A DNA stretch of 61,462 nt, filler included, from Platydemus manokwari (lineage: Eukaryota), in NCBI GenBank assembly GCA_037951405.1. It is 5 parts of 5 records of this genome, joined end to end, with 100 filler letters (N's around TTAATTAATTAA, not from the genome) between each part and the next. Parts side by side here need not be neighbours in the genome. Positions count along the whole stretch, not along the records: positions 1 to 10,120 come from JBBMOY011166768.1; positions 10,221 to 26,818 come from JBBMOY011160326.1; 3 more parts are not named here. One strand, given 5' to 3'. Numbering within the stretch: position 1 is the stretch's first letter; every line of letters begins with the position of its first letter. The notes beneath the pieces are model-generated. The model was not told where the DNA came from and ran no database searches. It saw only the letters and a program-made list of their open reading frames with translations. Positions 1 through 12,570 of this stretch are shown here, one piece after another. A program made the position numbers and the translations under genes.

Positions 1-60
1 AATTAAATTTATTCATTGAAATACAAATTTTAACTCATTTTTGTAAAAGCCGGAATCATA

Positions 61-468
61 CTAATACACCTAATAGTAGTAAACCAAATGTGCTCACTGT
101 TACCGGAATGAAAAGTGCGCATCGATTTATTGGTTACTGAGCAAAAAAAGATCTTCCTGGTAGATATAAAATGTCCGATTGACACAATACAAAACTTCGA
201 GGAGTCAAATAGAAATAATATAATTCATTATACCGATTTTAGGAATGAGCTCGCCAAATTGAAACCAGATTTCAATATTGAGTTTTTCACGTGCATTATA
301 GGCTCACTCGGTACAGTTCCAGCCTCAACAGAAGCAATTTTGACAAAAATTGGTGTGCCGAAAAATAAAATCCAAAACCTGGTCAAAGAATGCGCTATTT
401 CAAATATTGAATATTCAGCAAAAATCTGGCAATTTCACTCGACTGGTGTTTTGATAGATTTTATCTAA
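61..468 (+). mobile_element. 3' end of an RLE-type (R2/NeSL/Utopia-like) non-LTR retrotransposon, restriction-like endonuclease domain; 5'-truncated or decayed
   Basis: Frame 1 reads VVNQMCSLLPE*KVRIDLLVTEQKKIFLVDIKCPID...IIGSLGTVP...AKIWQFH. This matches the RLE pattern R-P/I-D-L...D-[VI]-K-C-P-x-D, followed by the G-S/A-L-G motif and the terminal IW..H. There is an in-frame TGA at 109-111, and an AATAAA at about 608 follows the ORF. Confidence 0.8.
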
Positions 469-639
469 CACAAAATAAAATCAAACAATTCCTACCCAAA
501 GAAATGCCGAGATGAATGAATGAAAGAGTAAAATTGAATTCACGAATCAAAGCTTTCAGACCCAAGCAGGTCACAATCAATCCAATAAACCCAACAAATT
601 TGTATTAAATAAATCTTGTAACACATACTAATATACACC

Positions 640-2380
640 ATATATACCACAAGTTAATTCTATTCCACCTTTTTTATCATACCTTTTGTTACTTAAATTA
701 TTCAACTTTTCGGCTTCTAATCTGGGATCTACTATGTTTAAGGCATTAGGTTCAAACTCGGACATGCGTGTGCCGTGTAACTTTACTTGTCCATTAAATG
801 GTTCTTCATTTTATACGCCGATTATGATATTGCTATCATATAACCAATGGTTCCCCACTTCACTTAATGCTTTTTTATTATGGAATTTTTAAAATATTGA
901 TATGGTATTCTTCCCAAGCCAAGATCACTGTGTATACTCTTTTTGACTCTCTATATGCATACTAACACTCTAGGTAGCAGATTGCCCTCCTATTGATAAT
1001 TATACCTCAGGAAATAGTTTGTTCGTGTTTGAATGGTATAAATCTAGTTATCCGTCCATGTTTAAATTCGCAATCTTTAGCTCTGATAATTTCTATTCCT
1101 TATTTTAACAATACTAATTTGCCTAATCTTGGTATCAAATCACTCATCCAGATATTATACTGGCATTCCTATTGTTTTTCCCCCTAATCTATAAGATTTC
1201 CATCCATTACTCCTTTCTTGATGGAAAACCATTTGCAGTGCTTCTGTTAGTCCTTGGTTATCATTTTTACTCCTGTTATATACTTATCAGCTTTCTTACT
1301 CTAAATTCTACACCATCAAAACTTTTCTAACTTTGTGCGGCCATTCTAATGTGTCAATCTTTCATTACCTCATTTTGGGCTCTTATTTTTTATTTTTTCT
1401 GCATTTAAAAGTACTAAGCATTTACTTTTTATTATTTTCGTAATAATTTTGACAGTTTCTATTCGAATCTATATCTACTGTAATTAGTTTTCTGTTCTTA
1501 TGTTTGTCTTCTACCCAAATGCATAATTGGAATTTGAATTGCTTTGTGTGCTCTTTGAAGTGCCAGCTGCTAATCCTATTTCCATTATTTTTTAAGAATT
1601 GATGTGCCAATTCCTGACCTTTGTTAAATTTTGTTACCTGACTGAACATTTTTTTCTATTTTCTCTTGTTGTTTTAGAAAATATCTTCCCCGATAGCTAT
1701 CTCTTTACTTTTCCTGCTAACTTCCTGTCTGCTTCTACATCTGTTTTTCATGCTATCAGCTATCCTAATCTGTTTTGCCAGTTTTTTGTAAGTAACTTTC
1801 GCATTCTTGTAAGTAGGTTATTTGATCACTTCATTTACTTTCATTTAAGTTTTAATAGTATTAATTAAATCTTTAATTAGGTGGTGAAATATTTTTCTTA
1901 GTGCCCTTGATTTGTGTCGGTTTTAGTTCTTCTCCCTTTCATAGTTATTATAGCATGTCTAATACAAATTTTATTTCCCTACCTATCTACATATTTATGC
2001 TGGTATCTTTTTAATTAATCAATGCAATTATCTGCGTATTCTAAGCTATATTTATAATTGATAGTATGGGAATCCTCGCAAGTTATAATCATATCATTTA
2101 CTTCCATTATTCTGAATTTCGGACACATGTGAGAAGATGGGGAAACTTATATTTATGTATTTTCCCATTGTTGTTTTCTTGTCATCCTTCAGGTAGTTTA
2201 ACTTATTGTTTGTTATTTGTTTTATCTGTCTATCATATATCTCACATGTGCTTTTTGTCAATTTCCACATCAATAAGTTACTTCTCCTCCACATGTTTTA
2301 TTTTTTGGTTGTTCTTTCTTTGTGGCTGATTTTTGTCTATTTATCGCGGCCGTTTTACATCTATTGGACCTGCATTTTTT
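640..2380 (-). pseudogene. Decayed third ORF (env/glycoprotein-like?) downstream of the gypsy integrase
   Basis: About 1.7 kb of broken same-strand coding-like sequence between the integrase C-terminus and the non-LTR 3' end. It has spaced Cys/Trp segments: KSTCEIY, FQLCIWVED...SNRNCQNY, HCKWF, ECQYNIWMS...KDCEFKHGRITRFIPFKHEQTIS*GII...ICYL. Confidence 0.4.
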
Positions 2381-2389
2381 ACTTAAGGC

Positions 2390-4190
2390 ATTTTAGCGGT
2401 AGATTGGTAGTGTTTGTTCTTACTCCTTGGTCTGGCTCTTTATATGTTCTTTTTTGCTTGATAGTCATTCCTTTCTTAACTTGTATAATATGTATACTTA
2501 CTTTGTCACCCGCTATAAAGTTATGATCTGTAGATTTTTTTATTTTAATATCTTTAAATTGTTCATCATATAATTACACTTCTACTTTCACTTTTCCGTC
2601 AATTACGAGTATTTATGTTGCATTTGGTGGTATTTATAAGGTTCATTATTTGTTGTAATACATCAAAATTCTTCAAGCATAAAAGATTTTCTTTAGTATA
2701 CAAGGAAAATTACTTGTAATAGTATCATTTATTACATTGTTGTACACCTATAAACAAGCATTCATATAATCTTTTCAATTGATTTAGATTTTATTCACTA
2801 TCACTGCTAGTAATTCTTTGTATTTTCGGTTAAGTCTTTCAACCATCCAATTAGTTTGTGGATGTTATGCTATTGTACACAATCTTTCTGTAAATAAATA
2901 ATCTTTGTAACTTCCTTCATAACCTTGATGTGAAAATAGGTCCCTCGATCCTTCAATAGTTTCTCTTTCAAGGTTATCTTTTTATCAGCAATTTTGCTAT
3001 TGTGTCTGCATTATAGCATTGCCTTCATCACTGCCCTGGTACACAACTTCATTGTCCTGGACATGGATGCTATCAGTGATAGTGGCACTTTTGGCTTTAC
3101 TCCTCTGTGTTTCATTGTGGCCCGTACTGCCTATTTTTTACACTAATGTTTAACATCGGTGGTGTTTGGTCAGTCATATTTCAGATATATGCGGGACAAT
3201 GTCTTCATTCGTTACAAGTTATTTTAGCAGACCTTCGTGATATTGTAGCAAGATTTGTTCTATATATTTCTTTGGCATCATAATACCTTCATTTTTTCTG
3301 TATTAGTATTCCTTCTTTGTTGATAGCATATAATCGTAGTGTGTTCTGGTATAGTTTTATCATATTCTCTCTTTCGTTACTTATTTGTTTTGATTTCTTG
3401 TATTACATGCTATTACATGGTCTTTGACACATTCGCTTTTTTGTTCTAGGCAACTTAAGCTACTAATGATCTTAGTGCACCCCATTGGTGTCTGTCATTA
3501 CACTAATTTTGTTCGCATCTGGCTCAATATCTCTTGGTGATACTATGTGACCTAAAAAATGAATTTCTTCCTGTGCCGCTTAGCATTTTGTGATCTTCAA
3601 CTTTAGATTGCCTTTAAGTTGCTTAAATACCCTTTTTATATCAGAAATATTATCTTTAAACATGGGTGAGTGAATTGGTATGTCAGCTTATCAGTGAGTA
3701 TAATATTCGTCATTCGTTAGAATGTTGCTAGTTCATTCATTAACCCAAATGGTATTATGCATATTCTTATAATCCATTTATTAAGCAAGAGGTTGTTTTA
3801 CAAATATTTTCGTTTAGGAGCAGCTGATAGTAACCTATGTTCAGATCTAGTTTAGTGAAGTACTTTGTTCCAAGTAACCTATCAAACATCGATTGTAGGC
3901 CCGGCATCGGATATACATCTGGTATAGTTTTCTCATTTACCAGTCTACAATTTCTCCATCTGCCTTTGTGACCGATACCACATAAGCCTTGTAAGATGAA
4001 ACACTCGGCCTTATAATTCTGAATGCTAATAGTTGATCTTCCTCTATTTCAACCAGTTCTTGTAATTTTCATGACATAGTTAGATGTTTCAACTTGATTG
4101 GTGTATTGTAAGTCATAAGTATTTCATGTTCTCTTCCCCTAGAAATGTCGACGTCAAGTTCGTGTTTAGTAAAGGCATCCGAATGCGTTT
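2390..4190 (-). mobile_element. Decayed Ty3/gypsy LTR retrotransposon pol (RT, integrase, GPY/F-like region), with many stops and frameshifts
   Basis: Minus-strand translation gives RT segments IIRPSVSSYKAYVVSVTKADG, NEKTIPDVYPMPGLQSMFDRLLGTKYFTKLDLNIGYYQL, PFGLMN and KC*AAQEEIHFLGHIVS (about 3520-4050). It also gives the integrase motif HPQTNWMVERLNRK (about 2820-2870) and a C-terminal FIAGDKV...KKGMT (about 2450-2520). Confidence 0.85.
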
Positions 4191-5070
4191 TTATTAATCG
4201 TTGTAACATATCATATTGATCGTTATTGTCAGGAGTTCTAATTTAATAGTCATTATTGAATATCGTTTCATATCAGCTGGCAATTCCTCTTCATCCTTCT
4301 CTGTCACTTCAGATATTGTACTCATTTTGGTTTCGGTCACTTTGGTTATGGTAATTTTTCTGTAGTTTTCTATACTGACTAGAATGAATTTTTTGTTTAT
4401 CTTTGTCCCCATTGCTGGTATCCTAACGATGTGATCTATCTGGTTATTTCGTTTCCCTATATTGGTTTTAGGTTCAAATAGCCTATTTTCTTGATATCGT
4501 TGGGGCACCGTAAGGACCGGTTTTCTCTAATCGTAGAAGGAATTTTATTTCTTAAATTATTTTTATGATTATAAGCTTCTGTTTTTCTGCCTGCTCAATA
4601 TTTGTGTTCTACTCTACTATCTCTCATAATAAGTTTTGATATGTTTTCTAATTCATCTTACCCATCATCTCTTTCAATTCCTGAATGATCAAAAATTGTC
4701 ATCTCTCATATCTCTCATTTAATGTGTTAATCGTTTTAAGTCGCAAAAATGCCCAAACATTTGGTTCGTTACTGCATAAATCCTAAATAATTTGTCTTAA
4801 TTTTTCTGTTATTTATTTATTTCGTTATATATTTTCTTTTAGTATTCATTTCTTTTGATATGTTGTCATTCTTCATTCCTTTATTTTCAAATTCTGTAAC
4901 TTTCCTTTGTCGAACATTTTTTTCTTTGTGGTTGACCTCATGGTTCCACATATAGTCGTGTCGTTTGTGCATCCCAAATTTCTAATAAATTATTGTCCTC
5001 ATTCCAATTTTTGATTCCTCATATTCATCACTAGTATTCAAATCAATTTCTACTGCGCCCATTAAGTTTT
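4190..5070 (-). mobile_element. Probable gag remnant and primer-binding site of the same gypsy element
   Basis: Lies immediately upstream of pol on the same strand, with a purine-rich coding-like composition and ORF 4194-4508. The minus strand at 5068-5051 reads AACTTAAT-GGGCGCAGTA, resembling an LTR end followed by a tRNA-Ser-type PBS (TGGCGCAG). Confidence 0.45.
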
Positions 5071-5097
5071 GAATGATTTTTCTCAAAATTTGCACAT

Positions 5098-5117
5098 CCA
5101 ACACACACACGCACACA

Positions 5118-5153
<36 letters not shown>
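5098..5153. repeat. Compound (CA)n(TA)n microsatellite
   Basis: acacacacacgcacacacgc followed by a (ta)n run. Confidence 0.95.
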
Positions 5154-5156
<3 letters not shown>

Positions 5157-6949
5157 ATAGCACATACGAATTTTTATTTTTCTAATTTGTGTTTAAATTT
5201 ATCATATATGCTCGATTATGCATATTAGATAATTTGTTTTTTTCAATATGGTAATCTTCAGAACTCAAGAGACCACATAGAACTGATATAATATTTGAGA
5301 TGTTTTAAATAACTCTTAAGATTTATCCAATTGGTATAGACAATTTTTGATTTGAGAATATAATAATCAATGTATATTTAATATTTATTATTAAAATTAA
5401 TTAACTAGAAAGTAAGTTATGATCATAAATGAGAACACATCATAATCAGAATATTAATTGGTGTAATTCGAAATATGAAGTGGTTATCGCTGAGATCTAT
5501 ATTTAATTTTGTTGCTAACAGAAAATAATTAGGATTTTCTTAACAATTACTACAGCAGAAATCTATTGACTATCAAATGATTAGCTAAAACTCTACACAT
5601 CCGTTAGTGTAATTCAGTGCTGTGTTGTAAAAGAAAAATACTTAATAATGAATAATTCAATAATTAATTATCTGGTTTGCTACCTAATGACAAGATATTC
5701 TTTTCTGAATCATTAAATTGAATTTATATTCATCTTTTGTTCTATTTTTAGTTAATTTTATTTTTAGAATTTGTTCTCCGATTACTGCAATTAGATTGTG
5801 ACTCATTTATGATTTTCTTTATTTGTGATGAACTATTATATTCCTTAACCTGTACTTTTACAATCATAATAATCAAGGAATTTCTTTTTGTTCTGTAATT
5901 AATAACATCCGTTTATTGATTCCTCGAAATGCTGTACTGATTTTAATTTAAAACCATTCAGTCTTAAAAGCAATCTTTTAAATTTTTACCATTTTTGATA
6001 TTTATTTTATAGTTTATTAATAAAAGTTCTCACTAATATTTTTAAAAAATATGTTGAATTCTATTTTAAATAACACAATATATTTATTTTAAAAGATAAG
6101 TTGAGGAATTCCATTCCATAAATACAACTTACTAATGAAGTCGTATAATTAGGAATATTATTAATAATAAAGTCTCACATTCAATTAAATTATCAGTTCG
6201 GTTTTCTCTGACCTGATAATCATAGTAATTTATTTCTCTTCAGTCGCCGCGAATAATTATAATCTGGATTTTTCGTAAATTAACAGCGAATTTTCATAAC
6301 GTTCGGTATATTTATTTTAAAATTATAGTTTTTAACAAAATTTATTTTACTTACTTAATGATTCTGTTTAGCTTTTGAAAGACTTTTGATAATTTTGAGT
6401 CACAAAAGACAATTTGTTATAATTTTAATTGCCGAGTCTATATTCGATGAAACCTTTTCCCAAAAGGTTTGAAATTATATGCGTTAAATGCATATAAAAT
6501 AAGGAATATTTCTTATTATTATAAGATTTAGATTTCCAACTAGAGAATAAATTAATATTCCTAGTAATATTAATTAACATTGTAGAAAATTACGAAAAGT
6601 TATGATAAAAAATTTATTTATTAAAATCTTCTCCTGGGATAAACATTCAATAAATATAATCTTAGCTATGTGGAATTGTAATTAAATCATATAGATATTC
6701 ATACTAGCTTTCTTCTCAATTAAATTCTAGTTTATATGAACTCCCTTTGTTATTGTTTGAGTTTTTAAGTCAGTCTTCGTACTCTTAGCATTACAACTAA
6801 ACTTCCAATAAAATCCATAATTTTATTCTTTTTGGTTTGTTACACGCATCAGTTTGTATGTACTATATTTATATCCAGTGTTCCCAGATGGTTTCGAGGA
6901 TTTTAAATGGCAATCATTATAGAACTACTTTATCTATATCTAACAACAA

Positions 6950-7650
6950 GACATTTAGGAGTTACTAGAGAATTCGTTATTATAATGAAAAATATTATTA
7001 TCAACTTTGTGTGCTGTTATTAGTGACCATATTGACATCAATCAAAACAAATTAAAAGAAATGATAGCCTGCGTTTTATCAATTTCTAGCAGAATACCTA
7101 AGAAGTCCTTATTTCAGTGGCGATATTTTGAATATCTTTATCCAAGAAGCTGAAGAACATAAATGATTTTGCATTCCACATACTGAATATCAAAACTATG
7201 GAAGGAAACTGTATAACGAATTTAGTAAAGATCAATAATATATTTCAGGGGGCAAGTGCTATAAAATAAAGTATGGTTACTTGCAATAGATAAGCTATAG
7301 ATTTTCTATGGGATTTTAGAGCAGTTGTACTAGTGGTGAATAAAGATATTTGAAGAAGTGTTCAAATCAGAGATATCAGATTCCAAAGTATCAGTATTTT
7401 CAAAACAAGTTAGGAAGAAATCAAAAGTCTCCTCATTTAGGAATTTAAATTTAAATCAAATTTGAGTGGAAAGTATTTTCCTGATTTTTTCAAGTGCTGA
7501 TGTTTTCAAAAGTTTCTTTAATAATATATATTAGGAATGTTTAAAATCTTCATCGATTCCCATAGATTCAGAGTGGTAGTGAAACTTACCAACAAATTAT
7601 TTATTCAAAAACTGATTCAAGAAAACTCTTCTATTTTTTCGTAATGACAT
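6950..7650 (+). mobile_element. Highly decayed hAT-like transposase C-terminal half
   Basis: Frameshifted fragments LFQW/DILNIFIQEAEEHK, LVKINNIFQG and SSIP..SE resemble hAT motifs (RW.S..R.L.QW, LN..FQ, SIP.SNA..ER). Confidence 0.35.
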
Positions 7651-8131
7651 TTGATCTGAGATTGAAAATCAATTTAATCAATCATCATTTATAAACGATA
7701 GAAGCACCAATCACTCAATACACGAAATGCCAATTCGATCCATTTAGATTGAAATTTATATTATATAACTAGGATAAAACTAAAACCAGGAGCTTATAAA
7801 TCGAGATAAGATGAATGTAAATTCAAGATTAGATTTATAAATAGTACATAGAATGCCGTTTACCGCATTTATCTGGAAAGGTTTAATCAGATGATGTTGT
7901 GTTTGGCTGATTATTGAAGAAAAAGTAGATATTTATTCCGATGTAAAGAGAAGCAAGTTTACAATATCAAAACAATAAAAAAGCTATTTTAGAATTTCGT
8001 TCACATAGATTACCTCGTGGAGGCTTATCCGATATCAACAGTAAATCATTGTTAAATAAAATCCCGAATATTACCATCAGAGCATAATGATGAATTCTGA
8101 AAATAAATAAACGGACACTTTAAGATGGAAA

Positions 8132-8480
8132 TACCGTAATCATCCAAGTATAATGCTCCCCCTACTTTTAAATTTAAAAATGGTCTTTTTGACATACCCA
8201 ACTATAACGCTCTCCTAAGTTTTCAATTTTCCAAGTCCGGGTACTTGGCTGGAAAGCCCCTGCAAGCTTTTTTAGTTTTTGGCAGCTCAACAAGACATTC
8301 TTTCTGCTTTCTTCACAACCTGACATTTGCCTGCGGAATTGTGAATTCTCTGAAAGCAGCCCAGTTACCATTTGTTTCTGCAAAATTTATGACTTTAAGG
8401 TTGAAGGAAACTTCATAAAAAGTTCTATTTCTTTAAAATTCTGGCGTGTTAGTCATACTTGTTGGGGGATCAGAATGATT
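8132..8480 (-). mobile_element. Pogo/Tigger-family (POGK-like, Brinker DBD) transposon fragment
   Basis: Minus strand about 8420-8220 reads YEVSFNLKVINFAETNGNWAAFREFTIPQANVRL*RKQKECLVELPKTKKACRGFPAKYPDLE, a typical BrkDBD/CENPB-HTH start. A pogo-type terminus TA-CCGTAATCATCCAAGTATAATGCTCCCCC begins at about 8132. Confidence 0.75.
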
Positions 8481-9429
8481 GTCGTTTAAAAATTGTTAAT
8501 AAACTTATATCTCTTAAGTCTTTCAAAAACTCAAATACAATATCTTCGACATCCGATATTATATTTGGCTACTGCAAAATAAACCTCATCAATTTCTACG
8601 ACTATATTTCGATCTCGAATTATTTTTCTATGCCAAACTATTTATTCAAGGATTTGGAATATACTAATAAATAATTTTAAATTCTTATTTTTATTTTAGT
8701 AAAAGTTGTCACCATTTGCGGATTGTTGGTTTGCTCATGGAGGTCATTTTGCTAAAACACTTTTTGTGTGAGTTCCCTGCACATAAAAATACCTTATTCA
8801 GAATATCGAAAAGGGGCAAGACCGAATTGTTAAACCAAGTCCTTATTTCTTAAATACTTGTGGCATCCCCATCTGTACTATCTATTTGATTTTGATGAAA
8901 ACTTTATTTCAACAGTATCGACAGGTTTTGGATCTATGTATCCAATCTTTTAGATAGATATTAATATGCTTATTTTGATATAAAACTCAAGTTACTTTTC
9001 ATAAAACAACTTTAAAAATCTTAGATATCTTTCAATTTGATAATGAGGGCATGAATTAAAATATTTTATTTCAATTGTAATATTTGGTCTTAAAATTTTT
9101 ACAATTCAAACTCTAATTATTTTCCATAAAAGGTTTTTATGTAAAAGTGAATTTAATTAGTAATTTTATATAAAGATATTTGAAAAGATTAAATAAGCAA
9201 TTATCAAAAATCGACAGGTATATGATTCCTTCTTCCGCTTGACAACAAAATTATAAAGAATAAATACATCAAGCCTGTATCAAAACTGAATGGCAACCAA
9301 TAATGCCACTATTAACGAAAAAATAAATAGGATTTCTAAATCATTTTCCGTATTATTTAAGCTTTCAAAGAGATTATAAATAGTTAAAAGGTATACTCAA
9401 AACATTATCTTCATGCAATTAGTCGGACG

Positions 9430-9632
9430 CTGAGGCTAAAAAGGAGAAAGAGGAAGAGGAGAAGACGAAGAAGGTGAAAGAGGAGGAGAAAAAGAAAAAT
9501 AATAAACTACAGAAGAAGAATAGAAAGAAGGAGAAGAAGAAGAAACAGAAGAAGAAGAAAACGTGAAGATGATGAGGAAGAAGATGACAAAGAAGAAGAT
9601 ACAGAAGAATAAAGCTAAATGAGAAAAAAAAT
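9430..9632. repeat. GAA/GA-rich low-complexity tract
   Basis: Degenerate (GAA)n; it produces the spurious Phe/Ser-rich ORF 9419-9643. Confidence 0.9.
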
Positions 9633-10120
9633 AGCTGAATCATTTCTTCGTTTTATCTGGTCTAGTTTTGCTGAGTAGAAAAAGCTTTACAAAATTCAAA
9701 CTACAAACGCATTAACCAATATTTGTGTTGTTATCAACACTAATGTAAAGTGAATCACAAATATGCGATATGAGATATCAAACTAAACGCATAAATTATA
9801 GGTCTACATATCTGAACGTACTACAACTCGTGACCAAAAAAAAAGTTCATTAAAATGTAACATTTCTTCAACAGGCTTGCGTTGACCTAAAATGACATTC
9901 TTTCATTCCATGCATTATTCAAATAGTTACGCCTTTAGTTTATCATCCGTTAAGATTGCGCCAACAGGAATATAATGCGTTATGGATATTAGATACAAGG
10001 TTGCCAGTTGTTGTTGTTGTTGTTCCTTTACTTTTATACCATACAATACTTGGACTGCTGCTCTTTGTCATCTGGTGTCCAGGATTTTTAAGGATTATTG
10101 CATTCTCGCTCTTGCTTGTC

Positions 10121-10220
10121 NNNNNNNNNNNNNNNNNNNNNNNNNNNNNNNNNNNNNNNNNNNNTTAATTAATTAANNNNNNNNNNNNNNNNNNNNNNNN
10201 NNNNNNNNNNNNNNNNNNNN
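10121..10220. other. Artificial assembly spacer (44 N + TTAATTAATTAA + 44 N)
   Basis: The same 100-bp structure recurs at 26819-26918, 35732-35831 and 51579-51678. The 12-mer places stop codons in all six frames. Confidence 0.97.
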
Positions 10221-10405
10221 TGATAATAATAACAACAATTATGATAATAATAATAACAATAATGATTTTAATAACGATAATAATAACAGCAATATTAATA
10301 ATAATAATAATAACAATAATAATAGTAATAATAATAACAATAATAATGGTTATAATAATAATAATAATAACAATAATAATGGTTATAATAATAATAATAA
10401 CAGTT

Positions 10406-10436
<31 letters not shown>

Positions 10437-10449
10437 TAATAATAATAAT
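10221..10449. repeat. (AAT)n microsatellite
   Basis: Long imperfect AAT/AAC array abutting the gap; source of the poly-Ile ORF. Confidence 0.95.
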
Positions 10450-10589
10450 TCGTAATTTATCTAATCAATAATTAATAAGTGCACACAGATAAAAATTTTA
10501 TATATTAATCCATCTGATTAAGCTGAGCTAAACGATAAGATTTTTTGAAAATCATAAATTATCAACGTTTAAAATTCCACAAAATTTTA

Positions 10590-11030
10590 AAACTGTAAAT
10601 ATGCGGGACGGAATGATAATATTTTCCAAGTGAAGTTATGCGCTGGTTTTAGAAATGTTTTTCATTCCCACGAGTAGAAATTTAGCACTCCAAATCAACA
10701 TGTGTGAGAGGCTATCGTTTTAGAAAAGTTCCCAATGAGGGACTGTTTAAAATTTTTCTATTTTTTCGGAAAGACAAAAGTCATTTCGAACTCCTACCAT
10801 TATTTTTAATATAATAAGCTCATAATGCAAGACCAATCTTATAACGATAACAGCCATAAAAACCTACCAAAAATTATTGATTGATAAATCATAAAGCCTT
10901 ACGTCATCCATGATCGTCATGAAAAAATTTTATTACATATTTTTTCAAAATGTTTTCATCTTTTGTCAGATAAATTTCATATTGATGATGAGTGTCGAAA
11001 TAAGTAATTGAGCTTTTTATTGATTTGTTT
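10590..11030 (+). mobile_element. Possible decayed Penelope-like element 3' end (GIY-YIG tail)
   Basis: Fragments CKYAGRN and NFSIF/KDKSHFELL...RPIL resemble the PLE endonuclease end. A TGATGATGAGTGTCGAAA motif at about 10983-11000 resembles a degenerate minimal hammerhead core. Confidence 0.3.
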
Positions 11031-11308
11031 TAATCTTTCTCTTTTAAATAGTCTAATTAGTTTCCTTTGATTAGCTTTGGTCTGCGTTTTGTGAAACTAT
11101 TATCATTCAGAATATTTTAACTGTTGTCAGCTACAAAAGCAAAAAAATGCAAATATTTTTATTGCTTTTTAATCACCCCAGTTACAAGCTATGTAGGTTA
11201 TGATGTACATACATATAATTGGCTTTGAAAATCAAATCTGATTGGTGATAACAACCACCGGTACTTCTAGTTGAATGCGGAATGTTTCCTTTGGTTGTAT
11301 AGATTTCT

Positions 11309-11371
11309 TAATTGATTTTTATCAGATTTTAATTGATTTTTATCAGATTTAAATTAATTTTTATCAGATTT
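11309..11371. repeat. 21-bp minisatellite, 3 copies
   Basis: Unit about AATTGATTTTTATCAGATTTT. Confidence 0.85.
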
Positions 11372-12526
11372 GTGGTAAAGTTTATTGATACAATTAATTT
11401 TTCATGTATTTTACATTAGAGGATAAAGGTTTAAAATTTCAAGCATTTATTGAAAATCAGAGGAACTAGAACAGTTCATTTCATTTACTTTTACAGGATC
11501 AACTTAAATTTGATAAATGAATGAAATAAATATTTTAATACATATATATCATATATCAAATATGGAAAATGTTCACCTTTGATCAGTGCAAACTGAATGT
11601 GTTTATTGATTGAATAAAATCTATACAACTCATCGATATCTTTAACATTACAAAACATTTATATTTCATCAGATCAAGAAATATAATAGATTTGAAAAAA
11701 ATAATTGATAACTAGTCTACACATTGAAGGGTGTATAACATCGATATTTTTCTGCGACAATCGATTGAAAAATCATACCAACAACTTTCGAAATCAAAAT
11801 CATTATCATCAAGTATTGGAAAAAATATTCCAAAATTCATAAAGAATTCCATGATAATAAATAAAAAAAAACCCAATTAATCCAATCGATCGATAATTTC
11901 AGCGGAAATTGAAATACTGTAAAAGATAGACCGAACTCGACTCAAAACTAATCTGAAAAATGCGATTTCAAATTAAATTTCTTTCAACTTATCAAAACGA
12001 TTGATTAAATCCATTTTATCACTAATGAAAGGTTTGATACTCTGGGATATTTTAATATAAAAAGACTTTTTCTCTTACAATAATACTGTGAGGGGATTAT
12101 TTGCAAATATTCTCCAATCTTACAATCTTTCAACATCAATACACACAAACATATCGAAATGTGTGTGTATATACAGTTGAACTTGATCAATATCAATACT
12201 TGCTAGATGTACAATAAAGACAAAAATCATCGTCATATTTATCGACATATTTGTGTATTGAATAATAAAATCTTTATTGACAGTTTTCTCCACTTATTAT
12301 TGTAGTGATAGGAAAGTGTATCATGTAATGAAATCTAAAAGAAATCAATTAACAAATAAATAAAATCGTTTTATTAGGACTCACTACTATTGGTAAGAAA
12401 AACTATTCTTACTTATAAGCGGATATAGGATGTATTATTGATTTGTTTTAATTGGTTTGAAATAATTTTTAATAAACTTGTTTAATATCACAATTTTTCC
12501 TGGAACAGTAGGAGCAATATTAATCC

Positions 12527-12567
<41 letters not shown>

Positions 12568-12570
12568 CGC
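12527..12570. repeat. (TA)n(TG)n microsatellite
   Basis: Direct reading. Confidence 0.95.

Noticed and set aside
9419-9643. Phe/Ser-rich ORF
   Set aside because: Antisense reading of a GAA-rich low-complexity tract.
10165-10176. TTAATTAATTAA repeated four times in the window as a possible regulatory or piggyBac-like site
   Set aside because: It is always centred between two 44-N runs, so it is an artificial all-frame-stop contig linker.
10241-10471. Poly-Ile ORF
   Set aside because: Translation of the (AAT)n microsatellite.
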